A stretch of DNA of 63,898 bases, filler included, from Cercozoa sp. M6MM (Eukaryota > Protista > Endomyxa: Ascetosporea), in the NCBI GenBank assembly GCA_040357565.1. It is 13 parts of 13 records of this genome, joined end to end, with 100 filler letters (N's around TTAATTAATTAA, not from the genome) between each part and the next. Parts side by side here need not be neighbours in the genome. Positions count along the whole stretch, not along the records: positions 1 to 13,355 come from JBDODJ010000360.1; 12 more parts are not named here. One strand, 5' to 3'. The notes below the pieces were generated by a model. That model was not told the origin of the DNA. It did no database searches and saw nothing but the letters and a program-made list of their open reading frames with translations. Positions 1 to 13,355 of the stretch are shown here, piece by piece; positions within the stretch are counted from its first letter, which is position 1, and each line of letters opens with the position of its first letter. The translations under genes and the position numbers were made by a program.

Positions 1-50
1 TCCCCCCCCCCCCCGTTACTCCAGTTGTATCCTTACCCCCTCCCGTGCAG

Positions 51-1234
51 CGACGACCCGGACACGCGGCGATTTGAGCTGATGCAGCGCAGTGTGCCGC
101 TGCTGGTGCGTTGTCTGGAGCGTTTCCCGCTGTGTCACCACCGCGGCAACGAGAAACGCTGCCTTGACGCTGAGTGCGCGGCCTTCCATCTCACTGAGGT
201 AGTTTAGGCTTAGTTTAGGCTTAGGGAGGTTAGAAGGGAGTTAGATGGGCAAGAGTGCTGTTTTTCTCTCCAGATGGACGCTGTGGTGTGCGAAATGACC
301 GAGCCAGAGGATTGCGTCGACCTGCACGCTAGGCATTGCGCGCAGAATGCTGTATCTTTACTACCTCTTTACTCCTTTCTCCCTCTCCTCTTAGCCCTTG
401 CCCTTGCTCCCCCTCCCCAGGCAACACACAGAACACTCTACGAGGAGCACAATGACATTGTGTATCTTCACACACTGTTCGGCTTCTATCGTGGTCTGCA
501 GTGAGTTTACCTCCCTACTATCCCACCCCTATACACCCCCACCCCTATACACCCCCTCCCCTATACACCCCTCCCTCCTGGGTGCAGGCAAGTGTGCGAA
601 ATCGAAGTGACCAAGGACATGCGGCGACACATAATTTCTGAGGTACCTTGAGGTAGAGAGGCAACGACGGTGGGGTAAACATATGTGTGCACAGTTGGAC
701 GAACTGCGGCCAGTGTTGGCGAAAGCTGCGGAACGCTTCGATCGACGCGACATCGTTCGGCGGCTGCAGCAGTAGTTTTTTCAATGTTTTACCCCCCCTT
801 TACCCCCCCCCCCCCCCCCCCTTACTCCCATCTGCAGACAAGTTCGCACACTGGAGAAAGCAGTTGAAGTCGCCGACAGTCACAATCGAAAGGTCCAAAC
901 AGAAGAAGAAGAAGAAGAGAAAGAAGAGGATGGCTTTGTCGACACTGTTATGGTGGACTGCACCTTGTTCCCGTCCGACCTGAACCTCAACAGCAGGTAC
1001 TTCTTTTCTTCTTTCTTTCTTGCTTCCTTCTTTCTTGCTTCCCTTTTCTTTCTTTCTTTCGATCTTTGTCTGCTTGGTATGTGTTACCTTGGTGTTTGCA
1101 GGTACGACTTTCTGTTCGAACGGTCACGGCACAGATCGCTGCCACAACGCGGTGACTCCCTGGCTACCAACCGACCACGCACGCGTAGCACTCATGATCA
1201 TGACGTCGATCTGCCGGAGTCAGATTGGTTGTAA
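51..1234 (+). CDS. 3' part of a multi-exon gene, unknown product
   Basis: Short GT-AG-bounded exons join into one frame (DDPDTRRFELMQRSVPLLVRCLERFPLCHH...; QVRTLEKAVEVADSHNRKVQTEEEEEEKEEDG...; YDFLFERS...DWL*). No family recognised. Confidence 0.55.
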
Positions 1235-1631
1235 ACTAACTGAAAGCACTCTCCCTCAATCGCATAGCTCTCGTGCCGTAAATTTACCCGGTGTTGCGAT
1301 GGTTCTCCCCCAATCGAATGCGGTAGGTTCTTGGATCCACTCCAGGTCGGAAGCGATGCAACTCAAGGAAACCAAAATGGTTCCATATAAGACGCAACTA
1401 TCTACAGTACTTCAATAAATTACTGTGCGTGCACCGGTACCGTAGTACTGGAGTACGGTGCGAGACGCCACCGGTGCAAGTTGCAGTGAATTAGTGCAGT
1501 TGGTTGTTAATCGAATGATTCAAATTGAAGCCGAACTAAACTTAGAAGTACAGTAGTGATTCTGCTGGCGTAGTTTCGGCTCCCGTAGTAGCATTACCAG
1601 ACCCGTTAACCGGTTCACTTCACTGTTAGAT

Positions 1632-2298
1632 ATGAATGAGGTGCATGTTCTCGGCGAACCACTCCTGTGCGGTCTGTTGCTGCTTGAACGTTGCGCCGGT
1701 GCGGTACCTAGCAAAACACGGAAGGGTAAAAAGAGAAGCTCAGGAAACAATATAATGCTAGTGCGGGAGTACTTGCGATTGCTGCACGTGCGAATGAGTG
1801 CCACCAGCATACAGACGGGAGGCAATAGTAGCAGCAGCAGGAAGCGTGCAACGAGAGAACGCATCAACGCATCCAGTTTCTGTGAAGTACGACACAGTCG
1901 GGACAGTAGTCGGTGGGGTGGAGGGGAGGGGAGGAAGGGGACGGCCGGTAATCCAAACGTACCGAGTGTCGATAAACTCGAATCTTGTCGCCGTACCGCT
2001 GAACTTGGACATCGACTTGACCGTGCCAGTAGCCCAGTTGTCTGCATCGCTCTGGAATCGCATTTGCCAGAAAGATCTCGTCCTGTCCATGACTCCATGT
2101 GCAAACTCGACTTTCCAGATAACACGCCAGTTATGGTACCCAAGGAAAGTCTTTGCGCCAGTTGAGTTGCTTGAGTTTCGCCCTGTCACTGCAGAAGACT
2201 TCAATGACATTGTACGCATTTTCTTCAATAGTTGGGTCCAACGAGTGCACTGCTTGACTGTGGAAAACACTCAGGATCGTTTGGATTGTGTATTGTAA
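1632..2298 (+). CDS. hypothetical protein, probably spliced
   Basis: Overlapping ORFs end ...FRPVTAEDFNDIVRIFFNSWVQRVHCLTVENTQDRLDCVL*. Composition is protein-like, but no motif recognised. Confidence 0.3.
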
Positions 2299-2436
2299 AT
2301 TACACACAAGCGCACCGCATGTGAGTGTCAATACCTAGCACCCAGCGAGTACAGAAAGTCGGTGACTTCCTCGGAGTAGGTTTCAACTCTCGTGTTTCCG
2401 TTTGAGTCTGTAGTGACCTTGGTTCTTGTTTCGCTG

Positions 2437-3750
2437 TCAGTATGTGTGAATATGAAGCACAAACAAAGCATGAAGGCTAGGTTTTTTGGTATCGATACGT
2501 GTGGTGTCCGTGCACTTTGACTTTGACGCGTGGAGGAGTATTGTACTGTCGAAGAAAAACTCGCAGTAAAGGATACATGCGTAGAGTTGATTTTGAGACA
2601 ATTTTACGGTAATTAAACTAACATAAAAATTACTCTGAATATCAGTGTGTAAATTTATAATAAATTTTATTATATGTATCAAAAGCATTACCAAACGAAG
2701 GAAGGTCCACAACGCTTGCGGATCGTTAACGATGGATTGGTCCTTGCTTTCGATGACACCGCCGCGAACGACACAAACTGAAGCGCGACTCCGGAGTGTC
2801 TCGGTGCCACGCAGCATTGGAGGAGGGTAGTCCTGTACTTGACCAGTTTCTGCATTCATCCACGACAGGCATTGTCGCCTCTCGTCCCACCTTCTGTCAT
2901 TAAGTTGTACTGTAAGGGGCAGCATATGAGAAAGAAGAGTGAGCTTACTGTTCCCAGCCGGGCGGAAGCAGCTCTGGTCCAAACACAAGGCCGGCAGCTC
3001 CGCCAGAAAAACTGCTTTCGAGTGTTGCGCTGCTGAATTGGATTGTCTTCGCAAACAATCAATTTGCAATTTAGGTTGGGAAAGGTGACATGAAATTTAG
3101 ACAGCATTACAAGACTGACGCAGATTGGTATCCAAGCGAGAGCACAGAGGATCTGTATAATTTATTTCGGTGCAGTTTCAAGATTCGAACTCATACAAAC
3201 TGTAAGTTACTTACATAAAGTCCAGTTAAGAAGGCAAGGACCACGACACCAACAACAAGGACCGCATTAGTGATGTGGACAATTGTAACTGCGCAATGTA
3301 CCCAATGCATCGGCACAGAAAGAGACAGTTAGCATTTCAGGCATTGACTTACGGAACTTGGCATCACGCTCAGTCTGCTCGTCGATAACGTCGTCGATAT
3401 GACCTCTTTCGTGCAGCGGCAAGCTTGTCGTTGCCGTTGGTTTGGCTCCTGCTTCGACTTCAACACTCCCGACGCAGGTTGTTTCTAACTGCAAGAACAA
3501 AACATGCTACTTTTTGAATTAAAAGGGCCGGGGTTCGGGCGGAATTTTGTCATTGCCATGCGCACCTTGTCGCGAGACTCCATACCCTTCATCTTTCGCT
3601 TTGCTGGAATCTCACAGCTCGACGCACGGTCTTGAGCTTGCCTGCAGTAGTTGGAAGCGACAGACAAATTTTGGAGCAAAACTAGAATACTTGGTGGCGA
3701 ACGGCGCGTGCTTCCAAAGTCCGAACCCACCTCCACGCAACGACGTAATG
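2437..3750 (-). CDS. hypothetical multi-exon protein with a possible degenerate WW-like segment
   Basis: Exon-like ORFs, e.g. LPLHERGHIDDVIDEQTERDAKFRKSMPEML and RRWDERRQCLSWMNAETGQVQDYPP. Confidence 0.3.
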
Positions 3751-3947
3751 CCGCACCGCAGGTGGAAAATTAGTCGCGAAGATCTGAAATTAGACTCACA
3801 TCGCGATCGGTGTCGAATACCCCCTGTGCAGTTTTGATCCGACGCGACGCTTCAATATCGCGATAGTCCGCCGCGTACGGTACGTATGAGACGCCGAGAT
3901 GCTAGCCAGACGAGTGCTGTGAATCGAGTCGAATAATACAGTTAACG

Positions 3948-5582
3948 TTAGTGCAAAAGGTTGGCGTCGCGGAGCGCGCGTCGCAGGATGATGTCCTTGA
4001 CGGCGAAAAAGACGTGCGACACGTTGTCTTTGTTGGTGGCACAGGTGACGTGCGTGTAGACCTTGTTGGTGGTGCGGTTGCGCGCCTCGAACTCGCGCGT
4101 GAGGTACTCGATGCCGGCGTCGTAGGTGTTGGGCCCGCTGTAGTCGGGTCGCCACACAGTGAGCGGCACGCGCTCGATCTTCTCCTCGAACAGGTCGCGC
4201 TTGTTCAGGAACAGAATCACCGACGTGTCGCGGAACCATCGCGAGTTGCAGATCTCCTCGAATAGTGCCAATGCTTCGTCCTAAACCCAAGGTGGTATCC
4301 CAGGATGAACAGACTGGTACAGAAGGATCAGGCACGCACCAATCGGTTCGTAATGTCATCTTCGAAGAGTTTCTGGTCGTACTCGGAGATGGCAGCCACA
4401 AAAATCACACCTGCAGGGGCGAGGGGGTAGAGGGAAGAAGGGTAGGTGGAGAGTAAGGGCATGGAGGGGGTAAAGCACCAGTGCAGCCTTCGAAAGCATG
4501 GATCCACTTCTTGCGCTCGTTGCGCTGACCACCGACGTCAACGAGCGTGAAGTTGTTGCCCTCGATGCAGAAGTTGCTCTCCACAATGCCCGTGGTGCGC
4601 ACGCGCACACGCAGCAGGTCCTGCTCCGACGGCACGAAACTCGGCTTGGCGATCTCGTGCACGCGCTCGAAAAAGTACTGTGCCGAGTCGCCCAACTGGA
4701 ACTCGCTCCGTCGCGCGAACGTTTGTTGCACGGCCGCATCCTGCCAAAGCGTTTCAATGTCCTTGGCCTCCTCCGGACCGATCCTAGGGAAGGGGGGAAA
4801 AGGTAATGGGGTAAAGGGTAGGGGTGCAGGGTAATCAACACACTTGACATCCGGCGAGAACGGAATGCGCTCGATCGACTCGGCGGCTTCCTTAGCCGCG
4901 TTGGAAATTTCGTATCGTTTCGAGTCGCCTTCTTCCTCGTCATCCTCCTCTTCCTCGGCAAACACGCGCACCTGGTGTCAAGGAACGTAAAAAGGCAAAT
5001 GGAAAGGAAAAAGTATAAAGGCTAAAGGCAAAAAGTGAATAGAGGGGCGAAGGGACCAAAGCAACACACCTGCTCGATGAGCGCCTGCATTGCCGAAATC
5101 GTATTGCTGTACACGGCCATCAAGAAGGCGCGCCTGTCCTCCTCACTGTAGCCCTGTGCACATCAATCTCACCCATCTGTCACCGAAACTAACTTCTCGA
5201 GTTTTTTGAGTTAACAAAAAACGTACCTTGCCATAGATTGAAATCACTCCCTTAAGCAAAGTGCTCTTGCCACTCTCGCCTGCTCCGAGTAGCAACAGCT
5301 TCTTCACTGACTGCGTCTGCGCGTGCGCTCGCGCGTTTTGCAAATCAATCTCGTGGCTGCGTAGGTCAACATCCGCGCGGAGACACCCAGCCATTCACTT
5401 ACACACGAATAAACTTGCAGACACATACCTCCGCACGCCTTCATCGCGTAGTTGCCTTTTTTGCTCAGTGCTGACGCAAAGCCCCTGCACAAAAACGAGA
5501 CATCAAACAAAAAGTCTCAGCCAGACCGGAAAAACGCAAAGAAAAACGCAGATTCTCTTCTGCGTCCAAGAAGCGATACCAT
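3948..5582 (-). CDS. heterotrimeric G protein alpha subunit
   Basis: Spliced product starts MGLCVSTEQ (myristoylation G2 and an N-terminal Cys). It contains G1 GAGESGKST, switch I DLLRVRVRTTG, G3 DVGGQRNERKKW, G4 FLNKRD and G5 TCAT, and ends ...DANLLH*. All junctions checked are GT-AG. Confidence 0.97.
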
Positions 5583-5951
5583 GGATTTGTGCCACCCAAT
5601 TCAACTGTAACACTTGCACACACACCAATCAACAGGCCGCCTTCCCTAGCGCACCACGATTTTGTAAAATCAATAATCCACTGAAGCCCCACACAGCACG
5701 CAGCGAGCCGCAATCCTACTAGGTGAGCACAGCGGTTCACTCTCACACTGGGACACTGGTCGAGCGCGCGCAAAATAAGTGGCTGATCGGGCGTTGCATT
5801 AACAACTTGATTACCTCACAAAAATCTGAAATTTTAGAATGGGCTTCCGTGTGGATGCTGCAAAAATGCCATCAATTTTTTGTGGCCGCTTTGCTGTGAG
5901 TTCTCCGGTTTTAGCAAGGTTTTAGTTGAGACCGACGCTGCAAAATTGGTG

Positions 5952-8900
5952 ATGAGGGTGGTTTCTGTGGTGCTCTGTGCGTTCTGTGGTAGAGCGGAAA
6001 ATACCAATACTGTCTCATACGTGTCACCTCTTGTGCATGATGTAGCTGTAAAATACGCCTGGGGACACCCGAAAGAGAAGCAAGGCTCAGATGCGAGCGC
6101 CTTGAAATCGCTCTTAGAGACGAACGACGAGATCGAGCATGAACAGCAGGATCTCGGTCAGCGCGTTAGCAAGGCGAGTAGCCGTTTGAAGAACAAGATG
6201 GGACTGCTGTGGAGTCGCCTCGATCACATCGACCATGTGCTCGAACATCGGCACACACCACCTCCTGCAACGACGTCGCCGCAACCTACGACAACAGACG
6301 CCGGTTGCACAGTGTGCACCTGCGTGTGCGAGGCGCCGCCGCCAGTGACCACAACAACGGCAGCAATGACTCCTGCGAGTACCACAACGAGTATGACTCC
6401 AACGAGTACGACTACAACGAGTATGACGACAACGAGTGTGACTACAACGAGTATGGCCACAACGACAGCAACTCCTTGCACCTGTCCTCGCGAAACTGTT
6501 GACTCTGGAGACGCATGTCCCGTGACACCTGGAACTAACATGGGCAGAGACACTGCGTGCACTTGCGACTTTGAGTGCGCCACCCCGCGTACACTTTCAA
6601 TTTTTAAATGAATGTTTGACTTTAAAAGCTGTGTTCAACTTCAGTGCTCTGTTCGGACGAGTGTCAACGCGAAGCAACGACACTGGTGCTTTCGCATGTC
6701 TGCGTGGTCAGCGCTGACACTCTCGCTGCTGGCGACGTGTGCAGCTGCGACTCCGAGTGCGACAGTTCTTGTATGTCGCTCCCTGTGTTTGTCGTTTGTT
6801 TAGTTACCAATCTGTGTTGGTACGTATACAGCATTCTTGATGTGCTCGAGTGCTTGCACCTTCGACAATGGCGAACAAGCTGCCCCGAATCCGCACGTGT
6901 GTGTCATGGCTGACGACTCCGCCATAATCGCAGACGAGTGCCGCTGTGATTCCGAGTGCTTTGGTATCACATGCCCACGCACATATAAAGTCTATACTAT
7001 ATATATATAGATATATATATGTATATACACAATGAATATAGATTACTGACATCATAATGTAGTCAATATATTTATATGTATATATATATATACATATATA
7101 TCATTTTGTTGCTTATAGGAGCACTAGAGTGCACCTCCGACTGCACACGCGACAACGGCGACACGGAAGTCGTTCCTTCTCACATCTGCGCAGCGTCGGC
7201 AAATGGACTCACTGCAGGACAGACATGCCTGTGTGACTCCGAATGCGGCAGCACCGCAGGTAGGATCACCTTGTCTTGTGTCGATACAGTACATGTGTGA
7301 TTACACAGGAGTGGGACAGTTAATGTGCGCAACTGACTGTACTGTCGATGGTGCCGTAATCGCCGGCCCAGTCTGTGCCCAACTCGACGCAGCACTAATC
7401 TCGGGCGACAGCTGCAACTGCGACTTTGAATGTGCTCGTGGTAGGTTCAACTCAAACAATGCTTGATTGAGATAGCTCATCTTTGTCATGTTTAATTCAG
7501 GAAGCTGCACGGACACTTGCCAAGTCACGAGGGAGGATGGAGGAACGACTGCGATTGCGGGCAACTTGTGCGTGACCGAGGACCTGCACGCAGGCGATGA
7601 GTGCTTCTGCAACTTGGAGTGTCTGGCAGGACTCTCGTGTATCCAGCCTGACCTGATTTTACTCACGCAAAAGTGCGGACTGCTGCGCGGCGAAGTATGC
7701 GACGTCAACGACGACGCATGTTTTGGTAACATGTCTGTTCTTCAAAATAACTCCAGGGTACACACTCATTGATTTATGGGGTAGACCACTGTTCCAATGG
7801 GTGCATGGTCACTGACGACTCGAACGGTAACGTTGTTCCTCTCGCGGGGGATGAAGACGTCTGCGTTCTCGTGGATGCGAGTGTCGGTTTCGGTGAATCG
7901 TGTCGCTGCAATTCGGAGTGTGAACCGCCCTACCAGTGTTTTGGCCCGGGCAATGCAGTCGGCACTGCACGTACTTGCGCCCTTCCGTTGGGTGCCGACT
8001 GTACCACTGGCTCTGCCGAGTGCTTTGCTGGTGCTGTTTGTGTCGACCCCTGCATGATCAATGGAGGAACCTCTGTCGATGACATGTGCGGCCTCCCGGG
8101 AGTCCTTGCTGATGGCACCGAGTGCCGCTGCGACTCCGAGTGCAGCGGAAGCAGTTCTTGCGTGAGCGGAGTGTGTAACGCCGATGCTGTGCTTGGTGGA
8201 GTGTGCAACAACCCCGATCGCTTTTGCTTAACCGGTACTTTCTGTTTAGCTTCTTCCTTTGTCTCAAATTGAAAGAAACGCACACTTAACAGGGACGTAC
8301 TCGACCAACTGCACACGTGATGGTGGAGCAACAGACCTGGCGTCAGAATTCTGCGTCTTCGATGATAACACGGTCATACTGGACATGTCTTGCAGTTGCG
8401 ACTCCGAGTGCGACAGCGGAGGCATGTTGGGTACTTAGCTTGCCCCAGGTGTTACACAAGTTCTTGTGAGTAGATGGACTCGTGTGTTCGGACTTGTGCA
8501 AGCGCGAGAATGCGGCAGTGGCAGCGGCAAACATCTGCACCAACAGTCTGTCCTCGCTGGGACACGGCTTTGTGTGCCGCTGTGACTTTGAGTGCTTCAT
8601 TGGCATGCACTTGATGCAAGGCTTTTGTTCGGAGACGTGCAGCGTAACCACGGAAGCAGGAGCTTCCTTGCCGTCGATGGAATCTGGTGCCCCGGCGCCA
8701 CACCGCTGCATCGATATACCTCTCGAGTTCAACGACGAGTGCTTCTGCGACGTAGAGTGCTCCAGCGTTCCTGGTCTCTTTTGCATTGACCCCGACGACC
8801 CCACGCTCGACAACGTGTGCGCTCTGCCACATGGGACGACTTGCGACCCGCTGAATGATCAGTGCTTTGGTAAGCCAATTTATCAGATTAAATTGGGACA

Positions 8901-10330
8901 ATCCCTGGGTACAATAACGGCGTAGGAACCTGTGCGAGTGGGTGCACGCGTACAATAGCTGGTGGAATAATGTTCTCATTAGGCGACATATGCATCACTG
9001 CTGTGGGAAGTGTCGACGACGGTGACGAGTGTCAGTGCGACTCCGAGTGCATGCCTGGTCTCGTGTGTCTTGACGGCCCTCCTACTTGCGGCAAGCTGTC
9101 TTTCGGTGACATCTGTGACGCCAACAACGACGCCTGCGACACCGGCCTTTCGTGCGTTCGAGGCTTGTGCACTCCCGATGGACTACTTGGAGGAGCCTGT
9201 CTGGGCGGCACCTTTTGCACTGATGGATCCATCTGTGAGACTGCACGATCGCCTCCGATATGCGTGCTGCCTGTGGGTCTATCGCCTGGTGCCTGCACCA
9301 CGCGCTTCCACTGTCCTGACGGCACGCTGTGCGACCTAAGCAACAGCAACTGCGTTCAGCCGACTGGCGGTGTCTGTAGCAGTGGGGACGAGTGCGTTGG
9401 TGGATGTACAGGGTTTACTTGCGATCCAGTAGGCACTGCTGTACTCGACGCTCCTTGCGGTGCTGAAGAGCATCCGGCCATAGGTTCTGGCGGTGTTGAG
9501 TGCACAGACACAACACACGCCTGCGCCAACTCAGGTATGCATGTTTGTCTCTTGCACACAGAGTAGTCGCGAGTGTGATTGCAGGACTCAGTGCTACTCC
9601 TGTCGACCCTCTCGGAGCACTCAAGTGTCTGCTACAGGACGGTCAAGTTTGTGCTGCCCACACCGACTGTGCGTCGGGTGCATGCGATATCGGTGGAACC
9701 TTAACATGCCTCGTAACGCCCTACAGTCAGGAACTGCGCCGACAGACGACGAGTATTCTTGACGATGACTGCGATGTTGCCCCTCCGACATGTGCCTCTG
9801 GCTCTTGCACACTTGGCGTTTGTGACTTTGCGGCTGCGAACTCTCCATGCTTTTCCGACGGTTTCTTCCTGGAGTGCTCGATGCTGGACTTTATCCTGTC
9901 GACCAACCTCGCGAGTGCCGCGTGCGGTGCTGTCACCAGTATGGAGTGTCCCTGTCCGTGCACCCGAGAGTCACAGCCTGTGCTCATACCGGTTTGTCCA
10001 CTCGATGATACTCTCCCACTTGGAACTACCTGCGGATGTGACAACCAGTGTGCTGGTACTGTTGTTGTCGGCATTGAATTGCTCGTAAGTAATTTTGTTG
10101 TATGGCAAATTGAGAATACAGCCTTCTGCTCGGACAACTGCACGACCACGGGCGGTCCAACGCCGGTGGGCAGTGTCTGCGTCGCTGCAGCGGGCACAGT
10201 GGCTATGGGTGGCTCCTGCAGCTGCGATTCCGAGTGCGTGTCTGGTGCAGTATTTTTTAAACCCGTGAAAGTGATACCATTCGTATTCTCTTGAGCAGGG
10301 GCCTGCCTGGGCGGAACCGTCTGTGCTTAA
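5952..10330 (+). CDS. large secreted cysteine-rich repeat protein with Thr-rich mucin-like stalk
   Basis: Signal peptide MRVVSVVLCAFC|AVKYAWG after removing a 57-nt intron (5989-6045). Then a coiled-coil, a Thr-rich tract (~6350-6480), and more than 10 copies of C-x3-C...C...C-x-C-D-[SF]-E-C. Ends GACLGGTVCA* at ~10330. No TM seen. Confidence 0.85.
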
Positions 10331-11527
10331 CATTAAGTAGTGCGAGTTATGAACTCACTCTTCTTCGAATATACGTTGGACGTCTACAAAAAAACTAAGT
10401 CGGTGTGTGCGTGTTGCAGCGGAAAATTACTCTCAACTAAGTTTAGGACTACTTACATCATAATATTTTCGTACGGATGACTAACCGGCCGGCGCGGAGT
10501 GATCCATCACGAGCGAAAAGTTAAAACTACAATGTATCGATCTTAATGTACTTGCAAATGTATGAGGCGCATGTCTTTCATTCGATCAGTGTACCACAAA
10601 CAAATGCGAAAGCGTCTGGCGGCGACGCTTCGTCTGTACACAACGCAACGAACTCAATAACAAGGCTCTTGCAAACAGGAAAACTACCTGCCGACCGGCG
10701 CCGAATATTGTTGGTTCGGGGCGGTCAATGCATCATTCTTTAGCTGCCGTTGCATTTTCTCTTGGACCTGCTTTCTCACAACTATGGCTCCTGCAGCAGT
10801 TCGAGAAGCTAATGACCGCCACGCTGCTGATTCATCTGAGCCCAGTCGACCAGGGAACAGACCGAAAGGACAAGGTCTTTTCTGAAAGGGGTCGGAAATC
10901 GTATCCGAGAGGCTCGGGATTGCCCAGGTCGGTCGAGCGACCCCATTATGCAAGTCGACCGTGCCATCACCAACGATGGAACGCCAGAACACCAAGCGAA
11001 CAAGCTTGCCCAAAACGTCGGACGTCGGCGATGGCTTGCCTTCAACCCACGACTGTAAGTCCTTTCTGTCCTGGCTCAGTGTATTTGAGCTAGCAGTCAT
11101 CTGCCGGAGTTCACACTCCGCAAACCTGAACTTGAAATAAGCTTACAATACCGCCTTAATGTCAGCAGCGATCGTCGCCGCGGAGGCAGTCTCAAAAATA
11201 AGCGTGAGATCTCCATCGACGGCACTCGTCTCTTAAGAGACTGTTGGGATACCTGAAGCTTAGTTTGCAAATAAGTAAGAGAGTAGAACGAGCGTCGGAA
11301 GACATGGAAAGTTCGAGTTCTACACAACTTTTTCCTGCTTCGGAAAAAACTACCGGTACGGTACGTAAGTTTACAGGCTCGGGTACAGTACCTGGCGTGG
11401 TACACTGTGCAGTATCAGCAGCTGTTTACTGCAACACAAACCGTGTGCTAAGGACAGCGTTACCGCGTATCCTGCGGCTAGGCAGCGGTGATCTATGTGA
11501 GTACACGACAGTAACTTAGTTCAATTT

Positions 11528-13345
11528 CTACAGACCGCCCTGCTCAAAACGCTGCGCTAGTGCTCGCGCATGTCCGCGCTGCCGTCCGCCTCTGTCCGCA
11601 ACACCGAAAGTAAACAGGGAGGGGGGGGGGGGGGGTAAAACAACAAACGTACGTTCGTGCGGCACGTTCGCGCGCGCGCGCGGCGAAGCGAAAAACGCGT
11701 CCGAAAAGAGCGTCCTCACGCGGCGCACTCAGCAGCGCACAGGCATCGTCGCTGCTGTCCTGGCTACACTGGCTACTCCTGTTCTGTCTATCCTGGCTAT
11801 TCCTGTCCAGGCTGCTGTCCAGACTGCTGCGGCTGCTCTGACTGTGACTGCGCAGCAGTTTGTTGTCGTGGTCCAGCGTCAGGTAGTGCCGCGCGCAGTG
11901 CAGCTCCTTCCTGCCGGGGGGGGGGGGTAAAGGGGGTCAAGGGTGAGGGGGGGGGGGGGGTAAAGGGTGATGAGGGGGTAAAGGGGGTAAAAAGTGATAG
12001 GTGGGTATGGGGTAAAAGTACCCAGCAGGCGAGCGAATAGCGAGCGACGGAAACTGCGTCAAGTCACTTCGACACCTCGTGCATCTGGAGAGGGGGGGGG
12101 GGGTAAAAGGGAGGGTGGGAGTGGGGATGGGGTGGGGGGTAAAACACTACCTGGCACACTGTCGGTGTGTCAACATTCCGCGAAAGAAAACGCGCTGCTC
12201 GAGGTCGTTCACCACGTCGCCGCAGACATAGCAGTTGTCCGCCCTTTCCTGCGCCTCCGCGTCGCGTTTCACGCGGTCCACGCGGGCACGCACATCCGCG
12301 CGGACGTCTGGAGTGACAGCTTGGGCCGGCACAGCACCTGGGAAGTGCTCGGGACACAACAGCTGCCGCCGGCGCCAGTGAAAGCGCACACGCTTCCGCG
12401 CGGAACAGCCGGCCTCGCTGCAGCGCAGACAGTGCACGTGCAGCACCTGGAGAACAGGGGTAAGGGGAGTAAGGGGGCAACACAACAGGTAAGCTACCTT
12501 GTCCGGCCCAGCACGTGCGTAGTTTTGCCGATCGGCAAAGTCAATGCTGCCGCCACACGCAGCACATGCACCTGCCCAGGGGAAGGCAGGGGTAAGGGGT
12601 AGGGGAAAGGGGTAAGAGGTTAAGGGGTAGGGGGTAAGAGGTTAAGGGGTAGGGATAAACACAGGGGGGAGGGGGATAAAAACGTACAAGTTCCCAATAA
12701 TTCAACCGGCGCAGGATTCTACATTTGAGTTTTTGTTGTATCTTTCCCCGTGTCCGCGGAAGCCAGAAACAACAAAAATACCGCGCTCAAATTGTCGTCG
12801 AAATCGCCGTCTTCGTAAACACTGTCCGACGGCAGTTGTTTCAACAGCGCCTACGAGGTAAACAGGAGGGTAAAGGAGGGTAGTAAGGGGTAGAGGGTAG
12901 GGGTAGGGGGGTAAAACCGTATGCGATAGTGCCGGCGGGCGCAGCAGTTCCTCCTGCCACAGTTTCGGAAAATCGCTGGCGTCACTTCGCTGCGTCTGCG
13001 CCGAGGACGGTGTGTTATCAATGAAGACCACCTACACGTGCACTCAGTCAGGTGGTCACTGAGTCACGTGGTCATTTAAGGGAGCTTATGTGGTTAGAAA
13101 CCGTACCTCTCGGTGTGCTTGACAAACTGTTGGCAGCGCCTCGTTTTTCTTTTTTCGGAAAAAACGTCGCTTTGTTTTTGGCTTTTGCAGTGCTCGTTCC
13201 GCTACGGGGAGGGGGGGGGGGGTAAAGAGGAAGATAGCAGGGCAGGGATATACCTGACTGATGCGAGCCTGAGTCGACAAAGAACGCCAAGGCCTGCGAC
13301 TGCGCCAGTGCTCGCGCGAACTGCGACTGCGGCCAACACACCATT
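11528..13345 (-). CDS. LIM-domain protein (two LIM domains), 5'-truncated
   Basis: Spliced CAACGG...LHVHCLRCSEAGC...LLCPEH and CYVCGD...THRQCARCTRC...LHCARH match the LIM C2-H-C...C-x2-H spacing. Ends ...AQRFEQGGL*. Confidence 0.8.
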
Positions 13346-13355
13346 TAACCCCCCC

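Noticed and set aside
10546-11519. Several 60-140 aa ORFs on both strands
   Set aside because: No coherent spliced model or motif could be supported.
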